From: Nitrospirota bacterium
GTDB lineage: Bacteria; Nitrospirota; Nitrospiria; Nitrospirales; Nitrospiraceae
Direction: 5' to 3'
Assembly (NCBI GenBank): GCA_040755395.1
Contig: JBFMAX010000010.1
Coordinates: 26,136 to 90,135, forward strand
Length of the DNA stretch: 64,000 nucleotides
The translations under genes were made by a program, and so were the position numbers. Positions 8,601-19,221 of the stretch are shown here, in pieces. The notes beneath the pieces were generated by a model that saw only the letters and a list, made by a program, of their open reading frames with translations, did not search any database and had not been told where the DNA came from. Position 1 is the first letter of the stretch, and each line of letters starts with the position of its first letter.

Positions 8601-9200
8601 TTACGGAAATTCTTTATTGAACTCCTGGATGACACGGTCCGAGATATCGACGGACGCGTCGCTGTACACCGTCGGCCCGCCCCGCCCCTTTTCGATCACC
8701 ACCTGCAAGCCCAACTGCTTGGCGACTTTGGCCGTCACCGTCTCGATTTTCTCGCGGAACCCGTCCAGGACATCCTTCTGTTTCTCCTGCACTTCCCGGT
8801 TCAACTCGGCGGCCTTTTGCTGATATTCGGCCATGCGACGACGAAACTGCTCTTCGCGTTCCCGCTTCGCCGCCGCGCTCAGGACACTGGCCTGTTTGAC
8901 GAAATCCTCTTCCATCCGCCGGAGCTCTTTCTCGTCCAATTCGATGAGCGCCTGCCGATTTTTCGTGAACGTCTCCAGGGATTCCTTGGCTTTCTTGCCC
9001 GCGGACGTCTCGTTCAGGATCCGTTGCGGATCGATGACGCCCACGCGGCCTTCCGGCTGCGTCCCCGCTGCCGCGCACCCGACGAGCGCCGCAAGCGCGA
9101 CCGTCGTGACTGCAAGTCCCGCGGCCCGGCGACAGCTCGCCCGCACCGCCGGCTTGCCGTCCCCCGCCGGACTTTCCCGCCGATCTCTTTCAACGTTCAC
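8601..9200 (-). CDS. Second OmpH/Skp-like chaperone, lipoprotein-type signal
   Basis: Only the last ~200 codons of track ORF 8601..10016 are plausible. They read ...AAGLAVTTVALAALVGCAAAG, then IDPQRILNETSAGKKAKESLETF... GTG 9200 follows AGGGAGG. ATG 9224 is an alternative that overlaps the bamA stop. Confidence 0.7.
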   Translation of the reverse strand: MNVERDRRESPAGDGKPAVRASCRRAAGLAVTTVALAALVGCAAAGTQPEGRVGVIDPQRILNETSAGKKAKESLETFTKNRQALIELDEKELRRMEEDFVKQASVLSAAAKREREEQFRRRMAEYQQKAAELNREVQEKQKDVLDGFREKIETVTAKVAKQLGLQVVIEKGRGGPTVYSDASVDISDRVIQEFNKEFP

Positions 9201-9223
9201 GCTCACCTCCCTATGGACACGCA

Positions 9224-11611
9224 TCAGAAGAGTGACCCGATGGTGAACTCGAAGACGCCTTTTCGCTCGAACGGTTTCGGATCCAGGTTGATCCCGTAGG
9301 CGGCCCGCAGCGGACCAAACGGCGAAATCCATCGGGCTTCGATCCCTGCCGCCGGCCGCAGATTGAACGAGAGCCGCTCGTCCTCGCCGGTGTTTGGGTC
9401 GCCGAAGCCCTTGCCGTAATCGAAGAAGATGACGCCGTTCAGCTTGGCTTCCGACGAAATCGGGAAAATGAAGTCCACGTTGAAAATGAGCTCCTTTGAA
9501 GCGCCCAGCAGAAATCCGTCCGGAGTCACCGGGCCGGCCCGGCCGAAAAAGAATCCTCTCACGGTGTTGATGCCGCCGACGAAGAATCGCTCCGTCAACG
9601 GAATGGGCTTTCCCCCGAGCCCTTCGACGATTCCGAACCGCGCCCGAAGCGAAATCCGCGTGTCGAACGGCAGCGGCGTGTATTTCAGGGTATCCAAGGC
9701 GAATTTGTAAAAGTTGTTGGTCCCACCCAGGTAGGGCGTGCCGAGGGACACATCGACGCTGTGGCGCCAGCCGGTGCGCGGATCCAAATAATAATCGCGC
9801 GTGTCGCGGGAAAGCCCGAAGCGAAATCCCGTGGTGCTCTGAGTCCCAAACTGGTCCCTGATGAACTGCGGGATATTCGTCGTGAAACCGAAGATGGACC
9901 CGGCGCTGGCGGTTCCTCCGAACGGGTTCAACGTATTTTGAAACGTGTTCGGATCGTCGTAGCGAATGATCTCCGCCACGGGGGTGAAATACCCCGAGAT
10001 GTATTCGGAAAACCACCGTCCGAACGTCGCGGAGACCCCGCGTTTCTCCTCGAAGAACGTGCCGAACAGCGTTTGGGTTGAATACACATCCAACTGGAGC
10101 GAGGTCAGCGAATCCTGGATGTAGGGATTCCGGAAGCTGATCAGGCCGATGGAGCGGAGCTGTCCCAACTGGCCGCGGATTCGGCCGGTATATCCCCGGC
10201 CGCCGAGATTCCCCTCGGTGATGTCAGCGATCAGGACGAACCGGTCCAACGTGCTGAAGCCGCCGCCGATACTGAACATGCCGGTCGATTTCTCTTTCAC
10301 TTTGACATCCAAGTCGACTTTGTCCGGTTCCACCTGCGTCGGCAGAATTTCGACGGTCTCGAAGTAGTTCAAATTGTTCAACCGCTGAAAGCTCCGTTTG
10401 ATCGAGACGGTGTCGATGACGTCCTGTTCGTCCAGGCGCAATTCCCGCCGAATGACGTTGTCGCGTGTCTTGTCGTTGCCGGTGATGTTGATCCGCCTGA
10501 TCCGCATCATCTCCCCTTCCTTGATATGGAACAGGATCGTGGCGGTCTTCTCTTGATTGTCGGGCGTCACCGACGGGCTCACGTCGGCGAACGCGTACCC
10601 TTTCGCCCCGTACATGTCCGTGATCCGCGTGATTTCGTCCCGAATCTTCGCCCGCTGAAAAATCTCACCGGGCGTAATTTTCAGACCCGCGCGCAACTCC
10701 GGATCCTCGAAGACGGTGTTGCCGCGGAAGCCGACCTCTTTCACCGTAAACGGCTCGCCTTCGACGATCCCATAAGTGACCGTAAACCACTTCTTGTCCT
10801 CCGACAACTCGACGGTCGGCATCCCGATCTGGACGTTCAGATAGCCCTTGTTCAGATAGACCTCTCGTATGCGCTCGATGTCGTTCGCGAGTTCCTCGCG
10901 CTTGAGAATGCCGGCATCCGACAAGAACGAGGGGAGCTTGAATTGCGTGAACAGGCCGTACCACGGAACCCATTCACGGGTGGCCATGACCTTGAAGAGT
11001 TCGTCTTTCGACACGGCCCTCATGCCGTCGAAGACGACCGTCTTGATGCGGGCCTTTTCCCCCTCTTTGATAAAGAACGTCAGGCGCTTGCGGTCTTCAT
11101 CCAGCGTCTGAATGACGGGAATCACTTCGGCTTTATAATAGCCGTCCTCTTGGTAGGTCTGCCTGATCTTCTCCGCGCTTTCTTTTGCCTGCTGTTGATC
11201 CAGAAACGACTGGCTCTTGATGGTGATTTTTTCTCTCAGCTTGTCTTCGCTCAGATTCTCGTTGCCGTCGAACACGATCTCGGTGATGAAGGGTTTCTCC
11301 CGGACCACGAAGACCACCAAGAACCCGCCCGGGACCGATTCGGTCTCCACCTGAACGTCTTCGAAAAATCCGGTCTCATACAGGATTCTGACCTGATTGC
11401 GGATCGCTTCCGGGGTATAGGGGTCGTCGACCTTCAGCGTAATCCGACCGCTGATCGCCGCCGCCTCGATCCGCTTGTTGCCCCGCACCTCGATGGATTT
11501 GACCAGCGGGATCGCCTCCTGGGCCGCTCCGTTCGTCGCGAAGACCAGGAGGCAGAAGACCGGCAGCAGAGGACCGGCTGCGCTCCACTGAGGTCGTTTC
11601 CTTTCGATCAC
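9224..11611 (-). CDS. bamA: Outer membrane protein assembly factor BamA
   Basis: 795 aa with a signal peptide. Five POTRA-like units: IEVRGNKRIE, ITEIVFDGNENL, IKTVVFDGMRAV, VKEVGFRGNTVF, IRRINITGNDKTRD. The C-terminal barrel ends FEFTIGSLF. Confidence 0.9.
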   Translation of the reverse strand: MIERKRPQWSAAGPLLPVFCLLVFATNGAAQEAIPLVKSIEVRGNKRIEAAAISGRITLKVDDPYTPEAIRNQVRILYETGFFEDVQVETESVPGGFLVVFVVREKPFITEIVFDGNENLSEDKLREKITIKSQSFLDQQQAKESAEKIRQTYQEDGYYKAEVIPVIQTLDEDRKRLTFFIKEGEKARIKTVVFDGMRAVSKDELFKVMATREWVPWYGLFTQFKLPSFLSDAGILKREELANDIERIREVYLNKGYLNVQIGMPTVELSEDKKWFTVTYGIVEGEPFTVKEVGFRGNTVFEDPELRAGLKITPGEIFQRAKIRDEITRITDMYGAKGYAFADVSPSVTPDNQEKTATILFHIKEGEMMRIRRINITGNDKTRDNVIRRELRLDEQDVIDTVSIKRSFQRLNNLNYFETVEILPTQVEPDKVDLDVKVKEKSTGMFSIGGGFSTLDRFVLIADITEGNLGGRGYTGRIRGQLGQLRSIGLISFRNPYIQDSLTSLQLDVYSTQTLFGTFFEEKRGVSATFGRWFSEYISGYFTPVAEIIRYDDPNTFQNTLNPFGGTASAGSIFGFTTNIPQFIRDQFGTQSTTGFRFGLSRDTRDYYLDPRTGWRHSVDVSLGTPYLGGTNNFYKFALDTLKYTPLPFDTRISLRARFGIVEGLGGKPIPLTERFFVGGINTVRGFFFGRAGPVTPDGFLLGASKELIFNVDFIFPISSEAKLNGVIFFDYGKGFGDPNTGEDERLSFNLRPAAGIEARWISPFGPLRAAYGINLDPKPFERKGVFEFTIGSLF

Positions 11612-11784
11612 CGGAGCCCTTCCCGATCATCCGGGTGCTCCGGCATCCACGCAACGCCCGCCGCATGCCGAGCGGCTCCGCGGAGTTGAGCGCCGGACGC
11701 GTAGACGCTTGCGGCGGCGAGCAAACTCCTCTTCAATCGTCCCTCCATCGACGCCAGACCTCAAAGGCGTTGAAAAACTTGTGA

Positions 11785-11813
11785 ATTATATTGATCGACG
11801 TGCGCAATGTAAA
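11785..11813 (-). promoter_or_regulatory. Sigma70-type promoter facing bamA
   Basis: Minus strand TTTACA-17 nt-TATAAT. Lies ~170 nt upstream of the bamA start. Confidence 0.5.
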
Positions 11814-11848
11814 GAAGTTTCCTGCAGGGGCGGCCTCGCGCGCTCGCC

Positions 11849-11877
11849 TTGACTTCCCGTACCCCATCACATACTAT
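11849..11877 (+). promoter_or_regulatory. Sigma70-type promoter of galU (likely leaderless transcript)
   Basis: TTGACT-17 nt-TACTAT. The -10 element ends 7 nt before ATG 11885 and no SD is possible. Confidence 0.5.
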
Positions 11878-11884
11878 CGGCCGC

Positions 11885-12778
11885 ATGTCCCGTTCGGAGA
11901 TCCGCAAAGCCGTCATCCCCGCCGCCGGCCTCGGCACGCGGTTCCTTCCGGCCACCAAAGCCTCGCCCAAGGAAATGTTGCCGCTCGTCGATAAACCGCT
12001 GATCCAGTACGTCGTCGAGGAGGCGGTCGCATCCGGCATTCAAGACATCATCGTGATCACCGGACGCGGCAAGCGTGCGATCGAAGACCACTTCGACCGC
12101 TCGTTCGAACTCGAAGAAAATCTGAAAGGGAGCGGCAAGGCTCAGGTGCTCAGCCAGATCCGACGCATTTCCAACCTGGCGAACTTCTGCTACGTCCGCC
12201 AGTCGGAGGCGCTGGGTTTGGGCCACGCCGTGCTGTGCGCGCAACATCTGATCGGCGACGAGCCCTTCGCCGTCATCCTGGGCGATGAGATCATCGACGC
12301 TCCGACGCCGGCGCTGGCTCAACTCATCCATGTCTACAAGAAGCGGAAAGGCGCCGTCTTGGGAGTGCAGGAAGTGCCCCGGAGCGAGGTCAGCCGCTAC
12401 GGCATCATCGCGCCGCGGCGTCTGGCGCCCGGACTGCATCGCGTCGAGGACCTCGTCGAGAAGCCCGCGCCGGCCGACGCGCCGTCCCTCTACGCGGTGA
12501 TCGGGCGCTATGTGCTGCCGCCCGAGATCTTCCCGATCCTGCGCAAAACGCAGCCGGGCAAGAACGGAGAGATCCAGCTCACCGACGCGCTGCGCCAATT
12601 GGCCAAGCAATCGCCCATGTTCGCCCATGAGGTGCAAGGGCAACGCCACGACGCCGGAGACAAATTGGGATTTCTCATTGCGACCGTCGAGTTCGCGCTC
12701 AAGAACCCGTCACTCGGACCTCCGTTTTCCGACTACCTCAAACGGTTGCGACTCCACGCCGGCGGGCCGCGTGCGTGA
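11885..12778 (+). CDS. galU: UTP--glucose-1-phosphate uridylyltransferase GalU
   Basis: MSRSEIRKAVIPAAGLGTRFLPATKASPKEMLPLVDKPLIQY. The track start 11849 lies inside the promoter. Confidence 0.9.
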   Translation: MSRSEIRKAVIPAAGLGTRFLPATKASPKEMLPLVDKPLIQYVVEEAVASGIQDIIVITGRGKRAIEDHFDRSFELEENLKGSGKAQVLSQIRRISNLANFCYVRQSEALGLGHAVLCAQHLIGDEPFAVILGDEIIDAPTPALAQLIHVYKKRKGAVLGVQEVPRSEVSRYGIIAPRRLAPGLHRVEDLVEKPAPADAPSLYAVIGRYVLPPEIFPILRKTQPGKNGEIQLTDALRQLAKQSPMFAHEVQGQRHDAGDKLGFLIATVEFALKNPSLGPPFSDYLKRLRLHAGGPRA

Positions 12779-12865
12779 GCCGCGACCTCGCCGGATTTTG
12801 CGCAAGACGGCCCGGCGTCGGTTCCGGAACCGCGGCGATCTCCCGCGCGTCCGGCCCGGCGCGCA

Positions 12866-12874
12866 TGGTATGAT
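12866..12874 (+). promoter_or_regulatory. Possible extended -10 element (TGgTATGAT) upstream of lon
   Basis: TGGTATGAT lies 42 nt before the lon ATG. No convincing -35 element. Confidence 0.3.
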
Positions 12875-12916
12875 GCATCGGACCGGACAACGACTCGACC
12901 TCAAGGACTTCGCCCG

Positions 12917-15421
12917 ATGAACGAACCGACCGAACAAGACCTTCAGAATCCCCAGAACATCGACATCCCCGACCAGTTGCCGCTGCTGCCGGTCCGGGAC
13001 ATCGTCGTCTTCCCTTATATGGTGTTGCCGCTGTTCGTCGGCCGCGAGATGTCCATCAAGGCCATCGAAGCCGCGCTGGCCGGCAATCGCATGATTTTCC
13101 TCGCCACGCAAAAAGCCCTCGACGTGGAAAATCCCAAACCGGACGACATCCACAGCGTCGGCACCGTCGGCATCATCATGCGGATGCTGAAGCTGCCCGA
13201 CGAACGCATCAAGATCCTGGTGCAGGGCCTCGCCAAGGGAAAGGTCGAAGAATACATCCAAACGGAGCCCTACTATTCCGTCCGCATCTCCAAAGTCGCC
13301 GAAGCCAAGCCGCCGATGCCCTCGCTCGAAACCGAAGCGGTCATGCGCACGGTCAAGGAGCAGATCGAGCGAATCGTGAGCCTGGGCAAGGTGCTCATTC
13401 CCGACGTCATGGTCGTCATCGAGAACCTCGAGGACCCGGGCCGCTTGGCGGACATGGTGGTCTCCAACCTCGGCCTCAAGGTGGACATCACCCAGCGCGT
13501 CCTGGAGATCACGGACCCGATCCAACGGCTGCGGCAAGTCAGCGACATCCTCGGCCAGGAGATCGAGGTCCTGTCCATGCAGCAGAAGATCCAGGCCCAG
13601 GCCAAGGGCGAAATGGACAAGACCCAGCGCGAGTATTTCCTGCGCGAGCAGCTCAAGGCGATTCAGAAAGAACTGGGCGAGCTGGACGAGCGGGCCGAGG
13701 AGATCGCGGAGTTCCGCAAGCGCATCAAAGACGCCAAGATGCCGGAGAAGGTGTTGAAGGAGTGCGAGAAGCAGTTGAAGCGGCTCGAAAAGATGCATCC
13801 GGACACGGCGGAATCGGCGACGGTGCGGACGTACCTGGAATGGATGGTCGAGTTGCCGTGGAGCAAAAAATCCAAGGACAACCTCGACATCAAGGCGGCG
13901 GCCAAAGTCCTCAACGAGGACCACTACGATCTCGAGAAGGTCAAGGAGCGCATCCTCGAATACCTGGCCGTCCGCAAACTGAAAGACAAGATGAAGGGCC
14001 CGATTCTTTGCTTCGTCGGGCCTCCCGGCGTCGGCAAGACGTCGCTCGGTAAGTCCATCGCGCGGGCGTTGGGCCGCGAGTTCGTGCGGGTGAGCCTGGG
14101 CGGCGTGCGGGACGAGGCGGAAATCCGCGGGCATCGCCGGACGTACGTCGGCGCTCTGCCGGGCCGGATCATCCAGGGCATCAAACAGGCGGGCACGAAC
14201 AATCCCGTCTTCATGATGGACGAGGTCGACAAAGTCGGGATGGATTTCCGCGGCGATCCCTCCGCGGCCCTGCTCGAAGTGCTGGATCCGGAGCAGAACC
14301 ATGCCTTCACGGACCACTACCTGGGCGTGCCGTTCGACTTGAGCGAGGTGATGTTTATTACGACCGCGAACTTGATGGATCCCATCCTGCCGGCGCTGCG
14401 GGACCGGATGGAGATCATCGAGATTCCCGGCTACACCGAAGAGGAGAAGTTGGGCATCACGCAGAAGTACCTGATCCCCCGGCAACTCTCCGAGCACGGC
14501 ATCACGGAGAAGCACATCCGGATCGCCGAGCCGGCCATCCGCCAGATCATCTCCCACTACACCAGGGAAGCCGGCGTCCGGAACTTGGAACGGGAAGTCG
14601 CCAACGTCATGCGGAAGGTGGCGAAAAAGGTCGCCGAGGGGAAGGGTCAATGTTACACGATCACACCGGCCAACCTCCACAAGTATCTCGGCGTCCCGAA
14701 ATTCCTGCCCGAGTCTGAGTTGGACAAGGATGAAATCGGGGTGGCGACGGGGCTGGCTTGGACCGAATCCGGCGGCGACGTGCTCTACATCGAGGCGACG
14801 GTGATGAAAGGGAAGGGACAGCTCACGTTGACCGGCCATCTCGGCGACGTGATGAAGGAGTCGGCTCAGGCCGCGCTCAGCTACGTCCGCTCGCGCGAGA
14901 AATCGCTGGGCATCAACCCGGACATGTTCTCGAAGAACGATCTCCACATCCATGTGCCGGCCGGCGCCATCCCCAAAGACGGGCCGTCCGCCGGCATCAC
15001 CATGGCCACCGCGATCGCCTCCGCCCTCGCGAACATTCCCGCCCGCCGTGACATCGCCATGACCGGTGAGATCACGTTGCGCGGACGCGTGCTGCCGATC
15101 GGCGGGCTCAAGGAGAAGATCCTGGCCGCCAAGCGGGCCAAGCTTTCCGCGGTCATCCTGCCCAAGCGCAACAAGAAGGACCTGGAAGAGATCCCCAAGC
15201 ACTTGCTGAAAGGCATTCAGTTCATCTTTGCGGACACGATGGATGACGTGATCAAGGCGGCGTTGCGGCGGGACCACTCCGGTAAGCCGGCCGCGAACGC
15301 CAAGCCCGTCCAGCGGCGAGCCGGCCGGGAGAAATCCGACCGCGCCAAGACGCCGCGGGCGGCCCGAGCCGTCCGGCCCGCTTCACGAGCCCGCGTATCC
15401 GTGCCGCCGGCCTCGCCTTAA
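12917..15421 (+). CDS. lon: ATP-dependent Lon protease
   Basis: 834 aa with a LON N-domain, Walker [10 protein letters not shown] and the protease motif [14 protein letters not shown]. Confidence 0.95.
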   Translation: MNEPTEQDLQNPQNIDIPDQLPLLPVRDIVVFPYMVLPLFVGREMSIKAIEAALAGNRMIFLATQKALDVENPKPDDIHSVGTVGIIMRMLKLPDERIKILVQGLAKGKVEEYIQTEPYYSVRISKVAEAKPPMPSLETEAVMRTVKEQIERIVSLGKVLIPDVMVVIENLEDPGRLADMVVSNLGLKVDITQRVLEITDPIQRLRQVSDILGQEIEVLSMQQKIQAQAKGEMDKTQREYFLREQLKAIQKELGELDERAEEIAEFRKRIKDAKMPEKVLKECEKQLKRLEKMHPDTAESATVRTYLEWMVELPWSKKSKDNLDIKAAAKVLNEDHYDLEKVKERILEYLAVRKLKDKMKGPILCFVGPPGVGKTSLGKSIARALGREFVRVSLGGVRDEAEIRGHRRTYVGALPGRIIQGIKQAGTNNPVFMMDEVDKVGMDFRGDPSAALLEVLDPEQNHAFTDHYLGVPFDLSEVMFITTANLMDPILPALRDRMEIIEIPGYTEEEKLGITQKYLIPRQLSEHGITEKHIRIAEPAIRQIISHYTREAGVRNLEREVANVMRKVAKKVAEGKGQCYTITPANLHKYLGVPKFLPESELDKDEIGVATGLAWTESGGDVLYIEATVMKGKGQLTLTGHLGDVMKESAQAALSYVRSREKSLGINPDMFSKNDLHIHVPAGAIPKDGPSAGITMATAIASALANIPARRDIAMTGEITLRGRVLPIGGLKEKILAAKRAKLSAVILPKRNKKDLEEIPKHLLKGIQFIFADTMDDVIKAALRRDHSGKPAANAKPVQRRAGREKSDRAKTPRAARAVRPASRARVSVPPASP

Positions 15422-15426
15422 CCCAC

Positions 15427-16479
15427 ATGCCGCCCGGCCCGTCGAGCCAACAGGCTCCGCTCCTCAGTGAGTTCGCGCTGATCCGCTCTCTGCGCCGGCG
15501 CTTCGGCCGGACCGGCCCCTCCGTCGTGCGCGGCATCGGCGAAGACGCGGCGATCATCAGGATGCCGGCGGGATCCCGGCTCCTCCTGACCACCGATCTG
15601 CTCGCCGAAGGCGTCCATTTCGACCTGGCGACGACCACGCTCGAAGATGTCGGATACCGGGCGGCTGTCGCCAATCTGAGCGACATCGCGGCCATGGGCG
15701 GCGTTCCCCGGCATCTCCTCGTGTCGCTCGCTATTCCTCCCAAGCGGACGGCCGCTGAGATCGACCGGCTGTACCGGGGATTCATGCGGGCCTGCCGCGG
15801 ATACGGCGTGCAACTCGTCGGCGGCGATACCTCCGCGTCGCGGGACGGACTCTTCATCAACATCACGTTGACCGGCTCCGTGCGCCCCGACCGCGTGCTC
15901 ACGCGAGCCGGGGCGCGGGTGGGCGACTTGATTTACGTCACGGGGACGCTCGGCGACTCGCAGGCCGGCCTGGCCCTGTTGCAGACCGGCGACCGCGCGC
16001 CGGCTTCGCTCCTCGACAAAGCGGCCGATCATGTTCGGCGGTTCCTGATCCGCCGTCACCTCCGTCCTTCAGCCCGCGTTCGGGAAGGCCGGCTGCTTGC
16101 CGAGCGGCGGCTGGCTTCCGCGGCGATCGACCTCTCGGACGGTTTGTCCGGCGACCTCGCTCACTTGTGCGAGGAAAGCCGCGTCGGCGCGGAACTCGAT
16201 CTCCGCGCCATTCCTGTGTCGAGCGCATGCCGGTCATATGCCGACGCCCGTCGCCTGAACCCGGTGGACGTGGCCCTGAGCGGCGGGGAAGACTATGAGT
16301 TACTTTTCACCGTGCCGCCGGCCAACCGCCGCAAGGTGGAAGCTCTGGCGCATCGCGCGCGTTTTCGAGTGTCCTGTATCGGCTTGATCACCGCCCGCCG
16401 ATCCGGGATTCGAGTCAAGCGGGATGATGGTTCCCGGCAACCGCTGACCGTCACGAGTTACGAACATTTTCGTCGCTGA
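15427..16479 (+). CDS. thiL: Thiamine-monophosphate kinase ThiL
   Basis: SEFALIRSL...GIGEDAAII...TTDLLAEGVHF...GGDTS, an AIR-synthase-like fold typical of ThiL. Confidence 0.85.
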   Translation: MPPGPSSQQAPLLSEFALIRSLRRRFGRTGPSVVRGIGEDAAIIRMPAGSRLLLTTDLLAEGVHFDLATTTLEDVGYRAAVANLSDIAAMGGVPRHLLVSLAIPPKRTAAEIDRLYRGFMRACRGYGVQLVGGDTSASRDGLFINITLTGSVRPDRVLTRAGARVGDLIYVTGTLGDSQAGLALLQTGDRAPASLLDKAADHVRRFLIRRHLRPSARVREGRLLAERRLASAAIDLSDGLSGDLAHLCEESRVGAELDLRAIPVSSACRSYADARRLNPVDVALSGGEDYELLFTVPPANRRKVEALAHRARFRVSCIGLITARRSGIRVKRDDGSRQPLTVTSYEHFRR

Positions 16480-16488
16480 GCCCATTCC

Positions 16489-16983
16489 ATGATCAACGGG
16501 CAACTTTCGCGCATCCGGTCGGCCCTCAATCAAGTTCTTCACCTGCACGAACCGCCCCACCGGACGGCTCTGGCCTTCGCCATCGGGGTCTTCATCGCCT
16601 TCTCGCCGACCTACGGGCTTCACACCGTCATGGTGTTGTTCTGCACCTGGGCGTTCCGGCTGAACTTCCTGGCGCTCTTTGTCGGCGCCGGCATCAACAA
16701 CCCGTGGACGCTGGTGCCGATTTTGGGCGCGACCTACTGGACAGGTGCCGTCCTGCTCGGCCTGCCGGATGGCCCGTCCTTCAATTGGAACGATCTCAGC
16801 TTCATGTCGATCTATCGGCAGGTCATGCCGTACGCCGTCCCGTTCTTTCTCGGAGGGACCGTGTTGAGCGTGCTGGGAGCCGCGATCGGCTACCCGATCG
16901 CCTACTATGTCATTTCGAAACATCGCCGCGCCCGCGCACCGCGGCGAGAGGAACCGTTGCCCCGCAGTCCCCAGGTCGGCTAA
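16489..16983 (+). CDS. DUF2062-family membrane protein
   Basis: PHRTALAFAIGVFIAFSPTYGLHTVMVLFCTWAFRLN...NPWT. Three or four TM segments. Confidence 0.7.
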   Translation: MINGQLSRIRSALNQVLHLHEPPHRTALAFAIGVFIAFSPTYGLHTVMVLFCTWAFRLNFLALFVGAGINNPWTLVPILGATYWTGAVLLGLPDGPSFNWNDLSFMSIYRQVMPYAVPFFLGGTVLSVLGAAIGYPIAYYVISKHRRARAPRREEPLPRSPQVG

Positions 16984-17003
16984 GATGAGCCCGGACCCTC
17001 GCC

Positions 17004-18428
17004 ATGAAGTCCGCCGGTCGCTATCCCGCCAAGTTTCCCTATGATGGATCGGCGCTGATCGCCGACCCGATTCACGAGTACATCTCCTTCACAGTCCCCT
17101 ACTCGACCCCGGATCCGGCGGAACGAACGGAGAAGGACCTGATCGATTCCCCCTGGGTCCAGCGACTCCGGTACATCTATCAACTGCAAAGCGCGCGTTG
17201 GGTCTATCCGTCGGCCGAGCACAGCCGGTTCGTCCACTCGCTGGGCACCATGCACGTCGCCGGCCGGTTCGCGAAACACCTCTACCCGTTCCTGCGCGAG
17301 GTCGCCAAAGATGCGCCGTCGGCCAACTATGTCGAAGAACTGCTCCGCATCACGGCCCTGGTCCACGACATCGGCCACGGGCCGTTCTGCCATTTCTTCG
17401 ACGACAACTTCCTGAAGGCCTTCCACCTGACCCACGAGAAACTGGGGCAGATCATCATCCGGGACTATCTGGGCCCGATCATCCGCAAGATTCGCCGCAG
17501 TCCGTCCGGCCCGTTCGCCAAAGGCGAGGAACTGAACCCCGATCAGATCGCCCACCTGATTCTGAAGGACAAAGGCAAAGATTTCTCCCGGATGCCGCGC
17601 TGGCTGACCTTCCTCCAGCCGGTCATCTCCGGCAGCTACACTGCGGACAATCTGGACTATGTCCTCCGCGACTCCTACATGTGCGGCGTGGCGGTCGGGC
17701 CGGTCGATCTCAGCCGGCTCATCCACTACACGATCGTCACCGAGAAAGGCTTCACCATCCACAAGACCGGCCTACCGGCCCTCCAGATGTTCCTGAACAC
17801 GCGGATGTACCTCTATTCTAACGTGTACTACCACCGGACCACCAGAGCGATCGACATCCACCTGCGCGACATCTTCGGCGAGACGATGCGGCTGATCTTC
17901 CCCGGCGATCCGCGCAAACGGATGGAGGACTACCTGACTCTGACCGATTGGTCCTTGCTGGAAGAGGTGCGTGAGTGGAGGAAATCCCGGCAGGCGCCAC
18001 GCCGGCGACTCGGCGAAGAATGGGGACGGATCCTCGAACGCGACGTCAAGTGGAAGATGGCGTACAGCACGGTGTTGAAAGAGAAGGGGCAGGAGCGCGG
18101 CATGGATTTCCCGAGTCGCGAGCACTTCGAGCGGGTCATCCAGAAGGAACTGCCGGCCAAGCTGCAGAAAATCCCGTTCCGGGTCGATATGGCGCCGTTG
18201 GACCCGCGACCCGACCCGAAAGACACGCGCGGCATCCCGCTCTACGTATACGATCCGGGCACACGCTTGGTGTCCACCGAACCGCTGGAGGAGTTTCTGG
18301 ACCTCCTGCCCACCCGCCTCGTGCAATTCCGCATTTACACCCCCTCCCATGAGCACGATGCGGCTCTCTCCCAAGCCGCGGGGACTGTCCTCAATAAAGC
18401 CCCGTCGAGCATCGAGACGAATGTGTGA
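17004..18428 (+). CDS. HD-domain (SAMHD1/dGTPase-like) phosphohydrolase
   Basis: PWVQRLRYIYQLQSARWVYPSAEHSRFVHSLGTMHVAG ... LVHDIGHGPFCHFFD. Confidence 0.8.
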   Translation: MKSAGRYPAKFPYDGSALIADPIHEYISFTVPYSTPDPAERTEKDLIDSPWVQRLRYIYQLQSARWVYPSAEHSRFVHSLGTMHVAGRFAKHLYPFLREVAKDAPSANYVEELLRITALVHDIGHGPFCHFFDDNFLKAFHLTHEKLGQIIIRDYLGPIIRKIRRSPSGPFAKGEELNPDQIAHLILKDKGKDFSRMPRWLTFLQPVISGSYTADNLDYVLRDSYMCGVAVGPVDLSRLIHYTIVTEKGFTIHKTGLPALQMFLNTRMYLYSNVYYHRTTRAIDIHLRDIFGETMRLIFPGDPRKRMEDYLTLTDWSLLEEVREWRKSRQAPRRRLGEEWGRILERDVKWKMAYSTVLKEKGQERGMDFPSREHFERVIQKELPAKLQKIPFRVDMAPLDPRPDPKDTRGIPLYVYDPGTRLVSTEPLEEFLDLLPTRLVQFRIYTPSHEHDAALSQAAGTVLNKAPSSIETNV

Positions 18429-18720
18429 AGATCTGTCGTAAGAGTCTATCTCGGCTGATGAGCGAAGAAAGATGGCCGGGCTGATCGCTTCCACTCACAC
18501 CCATTGCACGAAGCCCGACTGGACAATGGGTACCCGGCCGTGTTGGTCCGCCGTAAGCCTCTGCTCCACTTGGCTGCGCAACTCGTTCCGTTCTGATCTT
18601 CGCTCGAATGGAGCTTCGAAACGTGCTCGCCGTTCTGCATCCGTTGCCCTTCCTCGTTTGCCAGTTGTAAGCCCTTGCGAGACATCCGCCGCGGTGATAG
18701 GCTGGGCGACCGAGGGCGCA

Positions 18721-19080
18721 ATGGGAGTGTTCTCCGTACATATCCGTGTCGCGAATCCTGCGGATCAAACTCGCTGGCGCGAGCTTGAGTTGATCGTGGA
18801 CACCGGCGCCACCCTGACTAAACTTCCCGGCGAGCTGTTGCAGGAGCTTCGCATTGCACCCCAGTTCTCCGTTCCCGCTGTCACGTCCGAGAATCGAACG
18901 GTCACGCGCCAGGTCGGCCAAGCCTGGGTCAGTCTTGATGGACGAGCGGGAATTGTACCGGTGGCTTATGGCGATCGTGGCGAACCCATCTTACTGGGAG
19001 CCACCACCTTGGAAATCCTTGGATTCACTGTCGACCCGATTGAGCAGAAACTCGTGCCCCGTCCCCTCCGCGAAAAATAA
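18721..19080 (+). CDS. Retropepsin-like (clan AA) aspartyl protease, ~119 aa
   Basis: MGVFSVHIRV...LELIVDTGATLTKLP...ILLGATTLEILG, with the D-T-G-A motif. The track extension from 18472 is S/R/C/W-rich and implausible. Confidence 0.65.
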   Translation: MGVFSVHIRVANPADQTRWRELELIVDTGATLTKLPGELLQELRIAPQFSVPAVTSENRTVTRQVGQAWVSLDGRAGIVPVAYGDRGEPILLGATTLEILGFTVDPIEQKLVPRPLREK

Positions 19081-19221
19081 TCAGAGACAGCCATTTTTCC
19101 ACTGCTCATCCGTTGCGCTCACCTGCCGAGCTTGGCCATGCTGAAAAGGGGCGGGAGTCTTTTATCGGCTGTCGTAGCCTTCACGCTTTGTAGGCATAAC
19201 TACAATTGGGCATGGCGTGAT

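Noticed and set aside
8601-10016. 471-aa ORF
   Set aside because: Upstream of ~9200 it runs out of frame through the bamA barrel region and has no protein-like sequence. Only the last ~200 codons (the Skp-like protein) are credible.
12710-15277. 855-aa ORF on the minus strand
   Set aside because: It is the antisense shadow of lon, which has unambiguous AAA+ and protease motifs on the plus strand. Its translation is an R/G/D/H-rich low-complexity string typical of high-GC antisense frames. The same applies to 1482..2567 (antisense to msbA), 42282..43994 (ffh), 48358..49701 (groEL), 51652..53169 (glnE-C), 7453..8508, 10526..11689, 22495..23874, 57412..58836 and similar ORFs.
18429-18720. tRNA or integrase-type att site at the left edge of the lower-GC islet, plus the N-terminal extension of the retropepsin ORF (18472..18720)
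   Set aside because: No cloverleaf-like sequence or GGTTCGAATCC-type T-arm was seen. The extension is S/R/C/W-rich and not protein-like. The opposite-strand 79-91 codon ORF (18446..18721) is also unconvincing.
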